DNA of 64,000 nucleotides. Origin: Torpedo marmorata. Taxonomy: Eukaryota. The translations under genes were made by a program, and so were the position numbers. Below the pieces are notes generated by a model. It searched no databases, was not told the DNA's origin, and was given only the letters and a program-made list of their open reading frames with translations. Positions 50,494 to 62,419 of the stretch are shown in pieces (within the stretch, counting starts at the first letter, position 1; the number at the start of each line of letters is the position of its first letter). Where the stretch lies: the NCBI GenBank assembly GCA_977017645.1, contig OZ360226.1, positions 31,620,001 through 31,684,000 on the forward strand, read 5' to 3'.

Positions 50494-51035
50494 AAATCAC
50501 GAAAATCTGTAGACACCGTGGTTGAAGTAAAAAACACAAATGCTGGAGAAACTCAGCAGGTCAAACAGTGTCTTTTATGAAGCAAAGGTAGAAATACATA
50601 ACCGACGTTTCAGGCTTGAGCCCTTCATCAAAGTATGAGAAAATGCCGGCAGGCGTCCGAACAAAAGAGTGGGGGTGGGGGGGGGGGGGGTGGCAAAGGC
50701 AGGAGATGATAGGTGGAGAAAGGAGGGATGGCTGGGTGGGTGGAAAAAAACTGGAAGAACAGGTAAGGGGGGAGGGGAAGGAAAAGGCAAGCAGGTTTAG
50801 TGGAAAGCAGAAAAGTCAATGTTAATGCCATCTGGCTGGAGAGTGCCCAGACGGAAAATAAGATGTTGTTCCTCCAATTTGCGGGTAGTCTGGGTGGGAT
50901 AGTACATAAGGCCATGGACAGACAGGTGAGTGTGGGAGTGTGACTCAGAATTGAAATGGCTGGCTACTGGGAGGTCGCTGTTGTTGCGGACGGAGAGGAG
51001 GTGCTCAGCGAAGCGATCTCCCAATCTCCGACGTA
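50494..51035 (-). mobile_element. Penelope-like element 3' fragment (GIY-YIG endonuclease C-terminus plus terminal repeat)
   Basis: ORF 50797..51048 RRLGDRFAEH...PVASHFNS...EQHLIFRLGTLQPDGIN, typical of the PLE GIY-YIG C-terminal half. Confidence 0.85.
50597..50637 (-). ncRNA. Minimal hammerhead ribozyme-like motif, best-preserved copy
   Basis: Minus strand CATACT-TTGATGA-A-GGGC-TCAA-GCCT-GAAAC-GTC-GGTTATG. Confidence 0.65.
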
Positions 51036-51289
51036 GAGAATGCCACAAATATTGACTATGGTTAGAGTTCCATACGACATACTAGATGCCCTAATATTAA
51101 AAGGCCATGTATGTCATTCAGAGTCTACATTCCAACAATATCGAAAATTAGAGGAAATTGTGGGGGAAATTTGAGATATAGACACTATTTCCATTGGAGA
51201 CAAAAGACCTACACAGTTTTTGTTTTAAATTCTTGTACAGGCCTAATAGTGTGATTTCAGGTTGACTATTTCTTTTACTTGGAGAGGTG

Positions 51290-52165
51290 GCAATAAGTAA
51301 AAAGGGGCAATGAGTCAGCATACAGGAGGGAGATTGAAAACTTGGCCGAATGGTGCACCAACAACAACCTCACACTTAATGTCACCAAAACCAAGGAGCT
51401 GATTGTTGACTTCAGGAAGGGAAAACCAGAGATGTATGATCCAGTGATCATTGGGGGATCAGAGGTGGAGAGGGTGAGCAAACTTAAGTTTTTGGGAGTC
51501 ACTATCTTTCCTGGACCCAACACACAAATGACATCGTGAAGAAAGCCCGTCAGCGACACTACTTCCTCAGGAGTTTGTGGAGGTTTGGTATGACATCAGA
51601 AACCCTGGCAAATTTATACGGATGTGTGGTGGAAAGTGTGCTGACCGGCTGCATCACAGTCTGGTATGGGAACACCAATACCCCTGAGTGTAAAGCCTTG
51701 CAAAAGGTAGTTGACACAGCCCGACATCACAGGCAAAACTCTCCCCGCCATCGAGAACATCTACAGGGAATGCTGCCGTCAGAGAGCAGCAGCAATCACC
51801 AACGATCCACACCACCCAGCACACGCTCTGTTCTCACTGCTACCATCAGGAAAGAGATATAGGTGCCACAAGACTCACGCTACCAGGTTCAGGAACAGCT
51901 GCTACCCCTCCACCATCAAAGTCTTCAACAATAAACTCAATCAGGGAATCATTTAAGGACTATTACTTTTGCACTTTGCTTTTTATTCCTCTCTGTATTG
52001 CACATTATGCTTACATTTCTTTATTTGTTTACATGTGCACGTTGTGTAGTTTTTTTTTTGCACTACCAATAAGTGGTAATTCTGCCTTGCCAGCAGGAAA
52101 AAGAATCTCAGGGTTGTATGTGATGTCATGTATGTACTCTGACAATAAATTTGGAATCTAAAATA
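51290..52165 (+). mobile_element. Rex1 LINE 3' fragment (second subfamily)
   Basis: WCTNNNLTLNVTKTKELIVDFR, KKARQR-YFLR, ESVLTGCITVWYG; tail GACAATAAATTTGGAATCT. Confidence 0.87.
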
Positions 52166-53446
52166 TGAAATCTAACCATCTCTTTAACATGGCTACATAA
52201 AACACAAGGATTTGGTGACAGAAAAAGATTGGTATTGAGCTGAGATTTAAATCAGAAACCACAGCATTTTTCAAGGAAAATAGATGACCACTTCAAACAG
52301 AGAAATTATGCAATCTTATGAGGCACAGAGCACGCAAGGCAATAGTATCATCCTGGAAAGTAGGTATGGTTTTATTATCCCACAATTTAAAACAAAATCC
52401 AGGAGAAAAAATCTCACTTCATCTATACCAATTTTATTTCCAGGTCGTATTTAAAATTTAATTTTGCACAATTTCTAAAGTTACTTTCCAGCTCAAACTG
52501 GCAGTATTTACTCCCCCAGACCCATATTTGGCATGTAATCTGCCTGATAAAACTTTAATGGTCAAAAGAGTCAATTACAAGAGAAAAAAGCCACCTCAAA
52601 AAATGTAATGAAGAAATCAACTTTTCAAGCTCAGGATGTTTTGGAGAGTTAACTGTATTTAGCCAGTTATGGCTAATAAGAGACTTTGAGGGCTTAAGTA
52701 TCCATTCAGTTGTACACTATAGGAGGCTGCCAGTGACCTCTTTAGAGGTTGGCCTATTTAAATTACTCTCATTTTGCGCAAGATGCACTGAACAGACGTG
52801 ATCCTCAGGCAATAATCTCATTTGCTGGTCAATAGATTAACTCATCTACAGCCCTTCAGCAATTAACCAGACCGATCTATAAGTTTTTAAAAAGGCAGAG
52901 GATACAATACAGTCAATATATTAACCAGCATGTCAATTTCCCCATACTAAATTACATCTGCATTGCAAATAAGGAACCTCAGAATATAGCATACATGGTG
53001 CAGTCTATGAAAATATAACAGTAAAAGAACGTGCTGTCAAAAATTCGATAAAACAACATACATAAATGTTAAAAAGGCTGTATATAATTCATGAAAATTA
53101 ATCACTTCTAAAGATCACAATTAAACAAGTCACGCACAAATGTTCAGTCTACCAATAAAACATCACATCTTATAAAACATCTCCTTTGGAAAGACTTCCT
53201 GTCTGTCAAAATACAGGTGTAATTTTACTTGCCTGGTTTATGTTGTTAATTATTTTTGTTAAAATCCATACACATCAAATTCTACATGGGAGAATGAACT
53301 CTTGGCCATCACATCATAAATCATTCATGGTCATCAATTAAATGCCAGGGTGACTGTTGCTAACAAGAGATGTGAAATCCAGATACACCAGATTCCACTG
53401 CTATGATAATACCAAAGTGTGCAAAGAATTTTTTTTTACAAGTTAC

Positions 53447-53561
53447 CTCTTTGAATTGACTTGACAGTCACACCGGTGGTGCTCCAATCACTCGTAAATC
53501 CAAAATCTTGATTACTGTTTGGTTTCTGATTAATAACTATGCGTGTTTCACTTTTCGGTTT
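53447..53561 (-). CDS. LMO7: LMO7 exon, PDZ domain first half (KPKSETRIVINQKPNSNQDFGFTSDWSTTGVTVKSIQR)
   Basis: ttttgtag/gtaact sites; RIxINQxP...DFGFT carboxylate-binding loop. Confidence 0.93.
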
Positions 53562-54058
53562 CTACAAAAAAATATTTAAATAACATTTAGCATTTCATAC
53601 CTGGACACTCATCATCATTAATACTTCCTGGAAAAACAATCCCATAAATCAGTCAGCTTAATATTTTCCATAATACCAACAACCATCCACAGACAGACCG
53701 GAATGTCTAAGAAGTCTTTGTAAAGGAGCTTGGATGAGATAAATTCAAAGGCTCTAAAAAAAAAAACATTATTCCCAAACGACAAAGCCTAGTTTCTGGT
53801 TGCTATTTTCCCTGTTACTGACACTCGCTAGAAATAAAAGCCATCTATGAATGCACTCACACGGTTTGACAAAACTGGTTTTGTCGTTCTTTTTAGAAAT
53901 GCATTTGTGTGCATCTGCCTTTGTATATCGATATCACACTGTGGTTAATTAGTCAAAGAGCTTTCTTTAAAGCGTGCCCTTGTACAAGCAGTGAAGGGGG
54001 ATGATCGCATTACCAGACAGACTTCAAACATCCACAGTAACCTACTTTTCAAGCCTAC

Positions 54059-54559
54059 CTGTTGGTGCAAGGGTGCTGTGGTAACCATGTCTGTGGGCAG
54101 GCTTGTTGCTTTTGTAAAAGAATTCATTGTTGCAAAGCTGGAAGTGCTGTCAGGTTTTGACTCATGCGGAAAGTTGTTCTCACTGAGAGATGAGGTCCTT
54201 CCTTCTTCCTCTTCCTCCTCCTCATTACTACTCATTACAGAACTGCCCTGTGATTGGTCATCGTCTTCCAGTTTTGAGGAATAATTTCTCCTCAACATGG
54301 CATTTTCTGCTTTAGAGGAAAATGTGCTCCTTGTGTGCAGGTCATTTTCAGGCTTTGAGGCAAGGGCAACTTCCACAGGCCTCTTTTCCTCGGTTTTCAA
54401 GGAAGGACTCTGCCACATGGCTCCCTCGGCCTCTTTTTTTGAGATCACACTACTTTGCTTTGACACTGCCATTTCAGGTTTTGAGAGTAAACCCGAGGTT
54501 GCCTGGAAACTTTTCGAACCATTCACATCCCCATTATATTTTAGTGGCTCATCCTGCTG
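54059..54559 (-). CDS. LMO7: LMO7 large Ser/Glu-rich exon (QQDEPLKYNGDVNG...)
   Basis: Within ORF 53945..54574; ttttcag/gtaggc sites; 501 nt, phase 0-0; KYNGDV motif. Confidence 0.85.
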
Positions 54560-54659
54560 CTGAAAAGGAAACAAAGCAATATTTTAGCAAATGTTTCCCG
54601 TCTCCTATCAAACACAATTATAATAGATCTGTATTTGCTGACATTTTTACCCTTGGAGA

Positions 54660-55037
54660 ATAGGAGGTCGAGGGTAATCTTACAAAATCCTGAGGGGCAT
54701 AGGTAAGGTGAATGGTCATCGTCTTTTCCCCAGAGTAAGTGAGTCTACAACTGGAGGGCATAGCTTTAAGGTAAGAGCAGAAAGATTTGAAAGGGGACCA
54801 GAGGGGCAACATTTTTCATACAGAGGCTGGTCTGTATGTGGAAAGAGCTGCCAGAGGAAGCAGTAGCGAAGTGTACAATTATGACCTTTAAAAGATATTT
54901 GGACAGGGAAAGTTAAGGATATGTGATAAATGCAGACAAATAGGACAAGGTCAGAAAAGGAACTAGGTTGACATGGATGAGTTGGGCCGAAGGGCTTGTT
55001 TCGTGCTGTACAGCCCCATGATTCAATGACTCTATGA
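54660..55037 (+). mobile_element. CR1 3' fragment
   Basis: CR1 C-terminal remnants and 3' end GGGCCGAAGGGCTTGTTTCGTGCTGTA...CTCTATGA. Confidence 0.75.
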
Positions 55038-55267
55038 TTGTTGATGTACAAATAGATTTCAGGGCAGAAGATGAAAGAACACAATATAGTACCAGTAAAA
55101 TATACTCTGATGTCATTGAACAATGGAGTTAATGAGTTTGCCCCTCCTCCCTTCCTCACAAGTCGATACCACCCACTGACCTTCAACCCTTCATGAGTAT
55201 GCCCAGTCTTCACCCATGATCCGAGCAGTGGAACAGTGACTTGTCATCTGATGCTGCCACAATGCTA

Positions 55268-55660
55268 GTGTTGTTCCTCTAACTTAACCTGATTTTCCGT
55301 CTGGGCACTCTCCAGCCGGATGGCATTAACATCGACTTTTCCGGTTTCTGCTAACCTGCTCTCCTCTTTCCCCTCCCCTCCCTTCCCCCTGTCAGCTCTC
55401 CACCCCCTTGACTCTCTATTCACCCAGCCATCCCTCCTCCCATTGCTTGCTGCTGTGCCCTCCCTCCCTTCTCCACCTATTACCTCCTGTCTTTGCGACC
55501 ATGCCTCCCCCCTTACCCTTTTATTCGGACGCCTGCTGACATTTTTCCATACCTTGATGAAAGGCTCAAGCCCGAATCGTTGGTTATGTATTTTTATCTT
55601 TGCTATATAAAGGATACTGTTTGACCTGCTGAGTTTCTCCAGCATTGTGTTTTTACTACT
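55268..55660 (+). mobile_element. Penelope-like 3' fragment with hammerhead-like motif (55548-55588)
   Basis: LIFRLGTLQPDGINIDFSGFC* followed by the same terminal repeat as at 11740 and 50494. Confidence 0.8.
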
Positions 55661-56343
55661 GTACATTCAATCCATTAATTCATTGTCTATTTTAGAAGGG
55701 ATAGTGCCAATCTTACTCCCCCACCAGGCATCCAGCACAAAGTTAAAATAAAAACAATGGTAATCACAATCATGAACAGGAGAGGATTGTCACACAAATA
55801 CTTCTTTAAGGGCCAATTGCCAACTATGGAGCCAACCAAAGGCATATCTCAAAATCCAGGGGATTTGCATAGCAAAGGGTGTATGTGGCTTGTATCCAAT
55901 TGTACATGTTTGTATTCCCAACATAGGTTTGTGGGGTATGAAGACTTAAAGATAACACTTACACAGGCTTTACACACCATCATCTTTGAGACAGGACCAC
56001 TAAAATTATGACTTTACAAGATTATACAGTGGCTCGTCCAGCAAGCTCTATTTTTACCCATGAGTGGAATGTAGGACAAATCACACCACTCCATGGAGTC
56101 ATTGCTAAGCTTGTGTCTCACAGAGATGAGAAGTTGCCCTCCCCAGTAAGAATCTGTTGCTGTCATGAAAGCATGAAATGGCTCTAGTATAATGAAAGCA
56201 TGCACAGTCAGATCCCATTTAAAACACATTAAATTATCCATTTCTCAAGAGGGAACATGGTCATCCTATCCCAGTTTACACAGGAACAAGAAGCATACAA
56301 AAATTCAGCTGCTACAAATACTACAGCTGCTGCCATCCTGATA

Positions 56344-57474
56344 CAGTAAAATCCGTGTTATCTGGAATTCAAGCAACCCCAAGCAAATAAAAAATAAAAA
56401 TAAATAAATAAATAGATGGATAGATAGTTAGATAGAGGAAATAAATAAATAAATAAATGGGAATGAATAAGAATACATAAAAAAATTAAATAAACGTTTA
56501 AAATTGTAAAAATGAATGTTCTCCAATGCAACACAACCCCTTGGTGAAGATGGGAGCAAACATTCAGTCAGCGGAGCACCCCAGTCGTGCCCCACCCGCA
56601 GCAGCTGTTTGAATAAAATTTGAATAAAGTTGTGTTGGAATAAAATGGCATCGCCCAGGATGAAGAGCTGGCCGATGCCGCTCGCCGCTGGGGCGACTCT
56701 CCCAAAGTGTCTCTCTATCCCTGCCTAGTAAGTCTTTATCTTTATTTGTATAATATTAAGTATATTAGTAAAGCTTTATCTGTAAACTAGGGGGAGCGGG
56801 GGTTTAATTATGACACCACCAGCGACCGCGGTTCGAATTTAAATTTTGGAAGGTAGGGAATTACCTGATTAAAGTGAACTTTACATAATTAAGGACTACA
56901 ATACTGAATTTTTTTTCAAATTACTTTATATTTTGCATTGTCTTTTGCCTTTTAAACTGTTTATTCTTAATGTAGGTGTATTAGTTAGGAATTGTAAGAG
57001 TGAGTCTTTGGCAACCGGAAAATTCAAATATCCGGCATCTGCAATCCCTGTAGGTGCCAGATCCGAATCAGAATCTGAATTTATTGTCATGAATAAGTCA
57101 TGAAATTCGGTGTTTTGTGGCAGCATCATAGTGCAAACATTCATATTATAACCATCTTACGACATTACTACAAAAAAAATATAAATAATAGTGCACGAAA
57201 AGTAAGGCAGTGTCTGGTTCATTGATTATTCAGGAATCTGATGGCAGTGGGGAAGAAGCTGTCCTTGTGCCGTTGAGTGCTCGACTTTAGGCTCCTGTAC
57301 CTTTTCCCGATGGTAGCAGAGTGAAGAGGGCATGGCCTGGGTGGTGGGGGTCTTTAAGGACAGAGGCTGCTTTTTTAAGACACCGTCTCGTGTAGATGTC
57401 CTCGATGGAGTGAAGTTTGGTGCCTGTGATGTCACAGGCCGAGTTACTCCAGGGGTTTACCAGGGGTTTTACTC
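56344..57474. mobile_element. Tigger/pogo-like non-autonomous DNA element, right end split by Rex1
   Basis: TA-CAGTAAAATCCGTGTTATCTGG left end; TGCCAGAT[Rex1]ACCAGGGGTTTTACTC-TA right end; internal (TAAA)n. Confidence 0.6.
57063..57446 (-). mobile_element. Rex1 3' end, near-identical to 9728-10107
   Basis: Reverse complement matches the 8268-10107 copy including the TTCTGATTC tail. Confidence 0.9.
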
Positions 57475-58212
57475 TAAATTTCCCCTGTTTTTTGAAATAG
57501 TCTCTTTTGTGCTTTGACATCTCTGCACCTATCTGAGACCTCTCCACTTTGGAGAACACACCCATTCACTCATTGTCTGCACAAACTCTCTTTCACACAC
57601 AAATAATTACACATACAATCTCCCCAGGTTTTGGCATGGAGGTAGTCTTCTGAACCTGACTTATTCCCTGTGATTACAGATGAGTTCAAGATGAAGGACC
57701 ACAGCTGCTTTGATCTTTTCCACTCTCTCCTCTGCCAGACTCCTCAGGGTGAAGGGAAATACCTAGTGTCAGGTCTGGAGCACAACACACCTTTATCTGG
57801 GAGTCTACTTAGCCTGCCAATAAAGCCTGGCCAGCAAACTAGCAGGAGTTTGATGGGAAAGTCACAACTTGCCAAGGCAATTGGACAAGACTGCTCCAAG
57901 CATTTGCTGAGAGTGGAATGAGCAGTGGTCATGATCCGAGCAGTGGTGTTAATCTTGTGGTAAAGGTTATTCACTTTGGTCCAGATTCCTGGTTTCATCA
58001 GCAAGATAGAAAGAAGCCTATTGACTTCGGGAACAAGTAGTAGCACCACGTTTCCAATTCCATTCAATATGGGCACGCAGCCACTGGTCAAAGCCTATAC
58101 TCAAGTTGAGTGTCTTACTGCCTTCAGAACACGCAGCCTGCCTGTACATGGGACATTCTCTGAGATTGTATGCGTGGGCAGCGTACTGTGTCCCCAGCAA
58201 GTGAACAACCTT

Positions 58213-58345
58213 TCAAGGGCTCAAGCCTGATACATTGGTTATGTATCTTTATCTTTGCTATATAAAGTGCACTGTTTGACCTGCTGAGTTTCTCCAGCGT
58301 TGTGTTTTTACTTCAATCTCGGTGTCTGGAGACTTTTGTGTTTTT
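58213..58345 (+). mobile_element. Penelope-like terminal repeat fragment
   Basis: AAGGGCTCAAGCCTGATACATTGGTTATGTATC... matches the other PLE termini. Confidence 0.75.
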
Positions 58346-58788
58346 CTCCTGAGTGCTATAAGGAAAGGTTGAACAAACTGAGATTGAATTCTCTGGAGCT
58401 TGGAGGCTGTGGGGCAAACTGATGGAAGTTTATAAAATTGTGAGAGGCATCAATAGGGTAGATTGTCAGAATCATTTTCCAAGGGTGGAAATATCAAAAT
58501 ACTAAAAGGCACAGGTTTAAGGTAAAGGAAGGAAAGTTTAAAAGAGATCTGCAAGGCAAGTTTCTGTTTTTATTTACAGAGACCAGATATGTCGAGATTC
58601 AGCACAACACCAGAGAGTCGACTTCCCAATTCCTCTGCCAGCCAAGCACAGACCAAGATTGCAATTGGTTTCCCACAAACAGATAACCAGGAACAAAATA
58701 CAAAATAAGACATTTTGTTTAAAAGCCTCATTATTTCTTTGCATTTTGAAGAATTTTAATCATAAATTATTTTTTAATGATTTGCCGT

Positions 58789-59145
58789 TGTAGCGGCCCG
58801 CGACCTACTCCGCAGGCCGACACAGGGAGCCGTGTACGAACACGGCGATCGCGCAGGCGGCACTTGGTTCGGACGGCCCGGTCCCATAGGCCACAACAGC
58901 AAGGAGGGAACGGGCCAATCCCTAAGGATGGATCGTGGCCCGACCAATCCTGGGCGTCGCGCCTTAGGCCACGCCCCATCAGTGACGCAGCAGTCAGGCT
59001 CGGCCCGCCTATAAAAGGCAGAGCCGACGGCAGAATAGGCAGTTCTGTCTTGACGCTCGGAGGGTGTGCATCTCCCTCTTGAGCTCCAGAACTAGAGCGA
59101 CGACCAACTCGACGCGCAGAGCTATAGCCGTAGCGATGCGCTACA
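58789..59145 (+). mobile_element. Young CpG-rich solo LTR (357 bp), Gypsy-type
   Basis: Perfect TGTAGCG...CGCTACA termini; 4-bp TSD CCGT at 58785-58788 and 59146-59149; CCAAT twice, GC box and TATAAAA. Confidence 0.88.
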
Positions 59146-59422
59146 CCGTAACCTTAATGGGTTTGAGATTGTCCTAAAATTTCCACACTTTAACAAGAGG
59201 TGAGACAGGAGAGACAGGGCCATATTTTCATTCAATTTATAGAGGAGGTCCATTGAGCTCAAACTGGCACACAGGACAATCTCATTCCTCTACTAATTTT
59301 CCCTGCCTTTGTCAATCCTACTTGTGTGGACATCAGTTTCCCAAGTGGAATTTGACTGATAGGTTAGATCCAGGGTTGAATCACACCACTCCAAAATTTG
59401 ACTATGATATTCTCATCACATA

Positions 59423-59688
59423 TCAGAATCAGAATTTCAGAATCAGAATTTATTGTCATGAACAAGTCATGAAATTCGGTGTTTTGCGGCAGCATCATAG
59501 TGCAAACATTCATATTATAACCATCTTACGACATTACTATAAAAAAAATATAAATAATAGTGCACGAAAAGAAAGGCAGTGTCTTTGGTTCATTGATTAT
59601 TCAGGAATCTGATGGCAGCGGGGAAGAAGCTGTCCTTGTGCCGTTGAGTACTCGTCTTTCGGCTCCTGTACCTTTTTCCCGATGGTAG
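59423..59688 (-). mobile_element. Rex1 3' end, near-identical to 9858-10107
   Basis: Reverse complement of the same Rex1 3' UTR; tail unit duplicated (TCAGAATCAGAATTT twice). Confidence 0.9.
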
Positions 59689-60191
59689 TATCTTGTGTTG
59701 ATGATCCATTGTATAATGAAATCATTTCCTGAACAACACTCAACCATAGCATTTGCTGAGGCCTAATCAGCACTTGGGTATCACTGGACACCTCCTACAT
59801 GTGAAGAGCCGATCCATTTATCATTTATTTATCATGCACAATTATTTATTTTCCCCATTCCTTTATATTTATTGTCTTTTTTTTCTTATGTGTTCATTGC
59901 ACTTAAATTGCTGTTAGTGTGTCTAATGTACCTGGGAAGCTGCATCAAGCAAGACTTTCATTGCATCTGGACACTGTACTTGCGTCTATGACAACAAACT
60001 CTTTGTTCATTTATTTGTCTGATGACCTGTATCTCTGGCAGGTGAGGGTGGTCAGACAGGGACTGTGCTCAGCAATCTGAATCTAGCTTGATTTGTAACA
60101 ATTATTTTAAATTTTTGATTGCTTTTTACCTTTGTATTCTTTGTATCTTTATTCTTTTATCCAAAACAGAATCTCTCAAGTCACAGTGCAC

Positions 60192-60439
60192 GGAAACAGG
60201 CCCTTCAACCCACCATTTCCATGGAAACAGGCCCTTCAACCCACCATTTCCATGGAAACAGGCCCTTCAACCCACCATTTCCATGGAAACGGGCCCTTCA
60301 ACCCACCACTTCCATGGAAACAGGCCCTTCAACCCACCATTTCCATGGAAACAGGCCCTTCAACCCACCATTTCCATGGAAACAGGCCCTTCAACCCACC
60401 ATTTCCATGGAAACGGGCCCTTCAACCCACCATTTCCAT
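60192..60439 (+). repeat. 31-bp minisatellite, 8 copies
   Basis: GGAAACAGGCCCTTCAACCCACCATTTCCAT x8 with few substitutions and no spacers. Confidence 0.95.
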
Positions 60440-61294
60440 GCCAGCCTCTCAATACTAATTCCCTTGACCAGGGCTCAGTCTATAGCCTTCTTTGATCTGC
60501 AAGATGTACAGTTAATTCCTGACTGAACTCCATTTCATTGAGCACTTAGTGCAAGGGAGGAAAGTAGGTCAATTGTACACCTCAATTAGCTTTAACGAGT
60601 ACAGCAACGTAATGTGATTCACAATTACAACACTGATACAGTTTGCTATTTCTTGATATTCATATTTTATCTGACAGAGAGAAAAAGCCCCTTTTGCCTT
60701 TCGCCTGTCTACATTCTTGCTGGATTCAAAGATCTGGTAATATAAGAGTTAAAACCATGAACGAGGGCCACTCGACTGTGCTCATGTAGCTTAACTTGGC
60801 AAGCCCCATTACAATAAAGTGATACCCTGACTGAAGACAATGAAAGGCTGATTAAAACTGAGCCCAAGTGACAAAGTCTGAAAATAGGACAGCATTTTTA
60901 AATAGATGCAATTGTGGACCACATTCTTAATATTTCACAAGGTGCCAGCAAAGTTTACCTAGGTTTCCTCAACAACACAGCATTGAAGACATAAAAGAAT
61001 TGGTTTTGTGAAGTGAAGCAGTGGAGTTCATTCCCAGTTATAAAATAGCATACTGACTGTGGCCTCCGGCAACAAGTGCCAGTCATTGCTCTCTATGCAG
61101 AGCCAGCGGCAGTGAGTCCCTTGTGATTCAAAATCCACCAGAGTGCGGAATAACCTTGCTTCCTTGAAGTTTTGACCATCAATGAGAGATTTTGTTTCAG
61201 GGAGGAGCGAGGGCTTGTGGATTAACACTTCCAATAAAATTGAATTGAATCATTTATTGTCACATTACCAAGATACAGTGAAAAACTTTGTTTT

Positions 61295-62392
61295 GTGCAA
61301 GGATATCTACATTTACAACAGGATCTAGGTCAGTTGGGAAGATGGACCAAGGAGTGGCGAATGGAATTCAACTCTGACAAGTGTGAGGTGCTGCACTTTG
61401 ATGAGTTATTCCAGGGTAGAACTTACACAGTGAATGACAGGGCCCTGGAGAGTGTTGTAGAACAGACACTGAGGGACACAGGTGCATAGTTCCATGAGAG
61501 TGGCAACACAGGTGGATGAGGTGGTGAAGGCAGCATTTGGCACGCTTATCTTCATTAGGTGTGGTAGTGAATACAAAAGTTGGGATGTCATGATTCAGCT
61601 ATACAAGGCCACACTTGCAGTACTGTGTGTACTTCTGGTCGCACAGCTACAGGAAGGACATCAATAAATTGGAAGGATGCTGACAACATTCACCAGGATG
61701 TTAATGTAATTTAGACATACAGCACGGTAACAGGCCATTTTGGCCCACGAGTCCGTGCCACCCAATTTACACCCAATTAACCTACACCCCGGTACATTTT
61801 GAACGATGGGAGGAAACCGGAGCCCCCGGGGAAAACCCACGTAGACACGGGGAGAACGTACAAACTCCTTACAGACAGCGCGGGATTTGAACCCCAGTCC
61901 CGATCGCTGGCGCTGCAAAGGCGTTGCGCTAACCGCTACGCCAACCGTGTTGCCAGGATGAGAGGGCTTGAGTTAGAGGGGGAGCCTGGAAAGTCTGGGT
62001 TTTTATTCCCTCAAGCTTAGGAGGCTCAGGGTTGATCGTATAGAGATTTATATTGATCATGAGGTGCAATGATAAAATGAATGCTCACTGTCTTTTATCC
62101 AGGATAGATGATTCCAGAACATGAACGCATAGGTTTAAGATGAGAGGGGAGAGATCTAAGGGGAATTTGAGCAACAACATTTTCACTCAGTGTTTGGAAC
62201 AAGCTGCCAGAGGAAATTGTAGATGTGGGCACAATTCTGACATTCATAAGGCATTTGGATTGATTCATGGATAGTAAGGGCTTCGAAGGATGTGGACCAA
62301 ATGCAGGGAAATTGGACTAGCCCAGAATGCCAACTTGGTCAGCATGGACAAGTTGGGCTGAAGGGCCTGTTCCATCCTGTACGACTCCATGA
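61295..62392 (+). mobile_element. CR1 3' fragment (contains SINE 61703-61953)
   Basis: LQQDLGQLGRWTKEWRMEFNSDKCEVLHF...RTYTVN; 3' end GGGCTGAAGGGCCTGTTCCATCCTGTA. Confidence 0.87.
61703..61953 (-). mobile_element. Young tRNA-derived V-SINE (HE1-like) with CR1-like tail
   Basis: A box TGGCGTAGCGG, B box GGTTCAAATCC, V-domain GTTTGTACGTTCTCCCCGTGTC, many CpGs retained. Confidence 0.88.
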
Positions 62393-62419
62393 GTTCTCTG
62401 TCTATAGCAGATAGTCCAG

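Noticed and set aside
55215-57946. 17-bp identity CATGATCCGAGCAGTGG at 55215 and 57930 as a TSD
   Set aside because: The intervening DNA is a mosaic of unrelated elements, not one insertion; more likely remnants of an old repeat
58767-59082. Arg/Gly-rich ORFs or a gene-associated CpG island
   Set aside because: GC-rich region is bounded exactly by LTR termini and a 4-bp TSD
60192-60439. CRISPR-like 31-bp repeats and the repetitive ORFs 60088-60526
   Set aside because: Units are head-to-tail with no spacers, there are no cas genes, and the context is vertebrate; the ORFs are a by-product of a stop-free unit
61028-61234. Minus-strand 68-aa ORF as an LMO7 exon
   Set aside because: No acceptor (abuts a Rex1 tail), no clear donor, no LMO7 motif
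61880-61950. tRNA gene
   Set aside because: A/B boxes continue into a V-domain and CR1-like tail, so this is a SINE head
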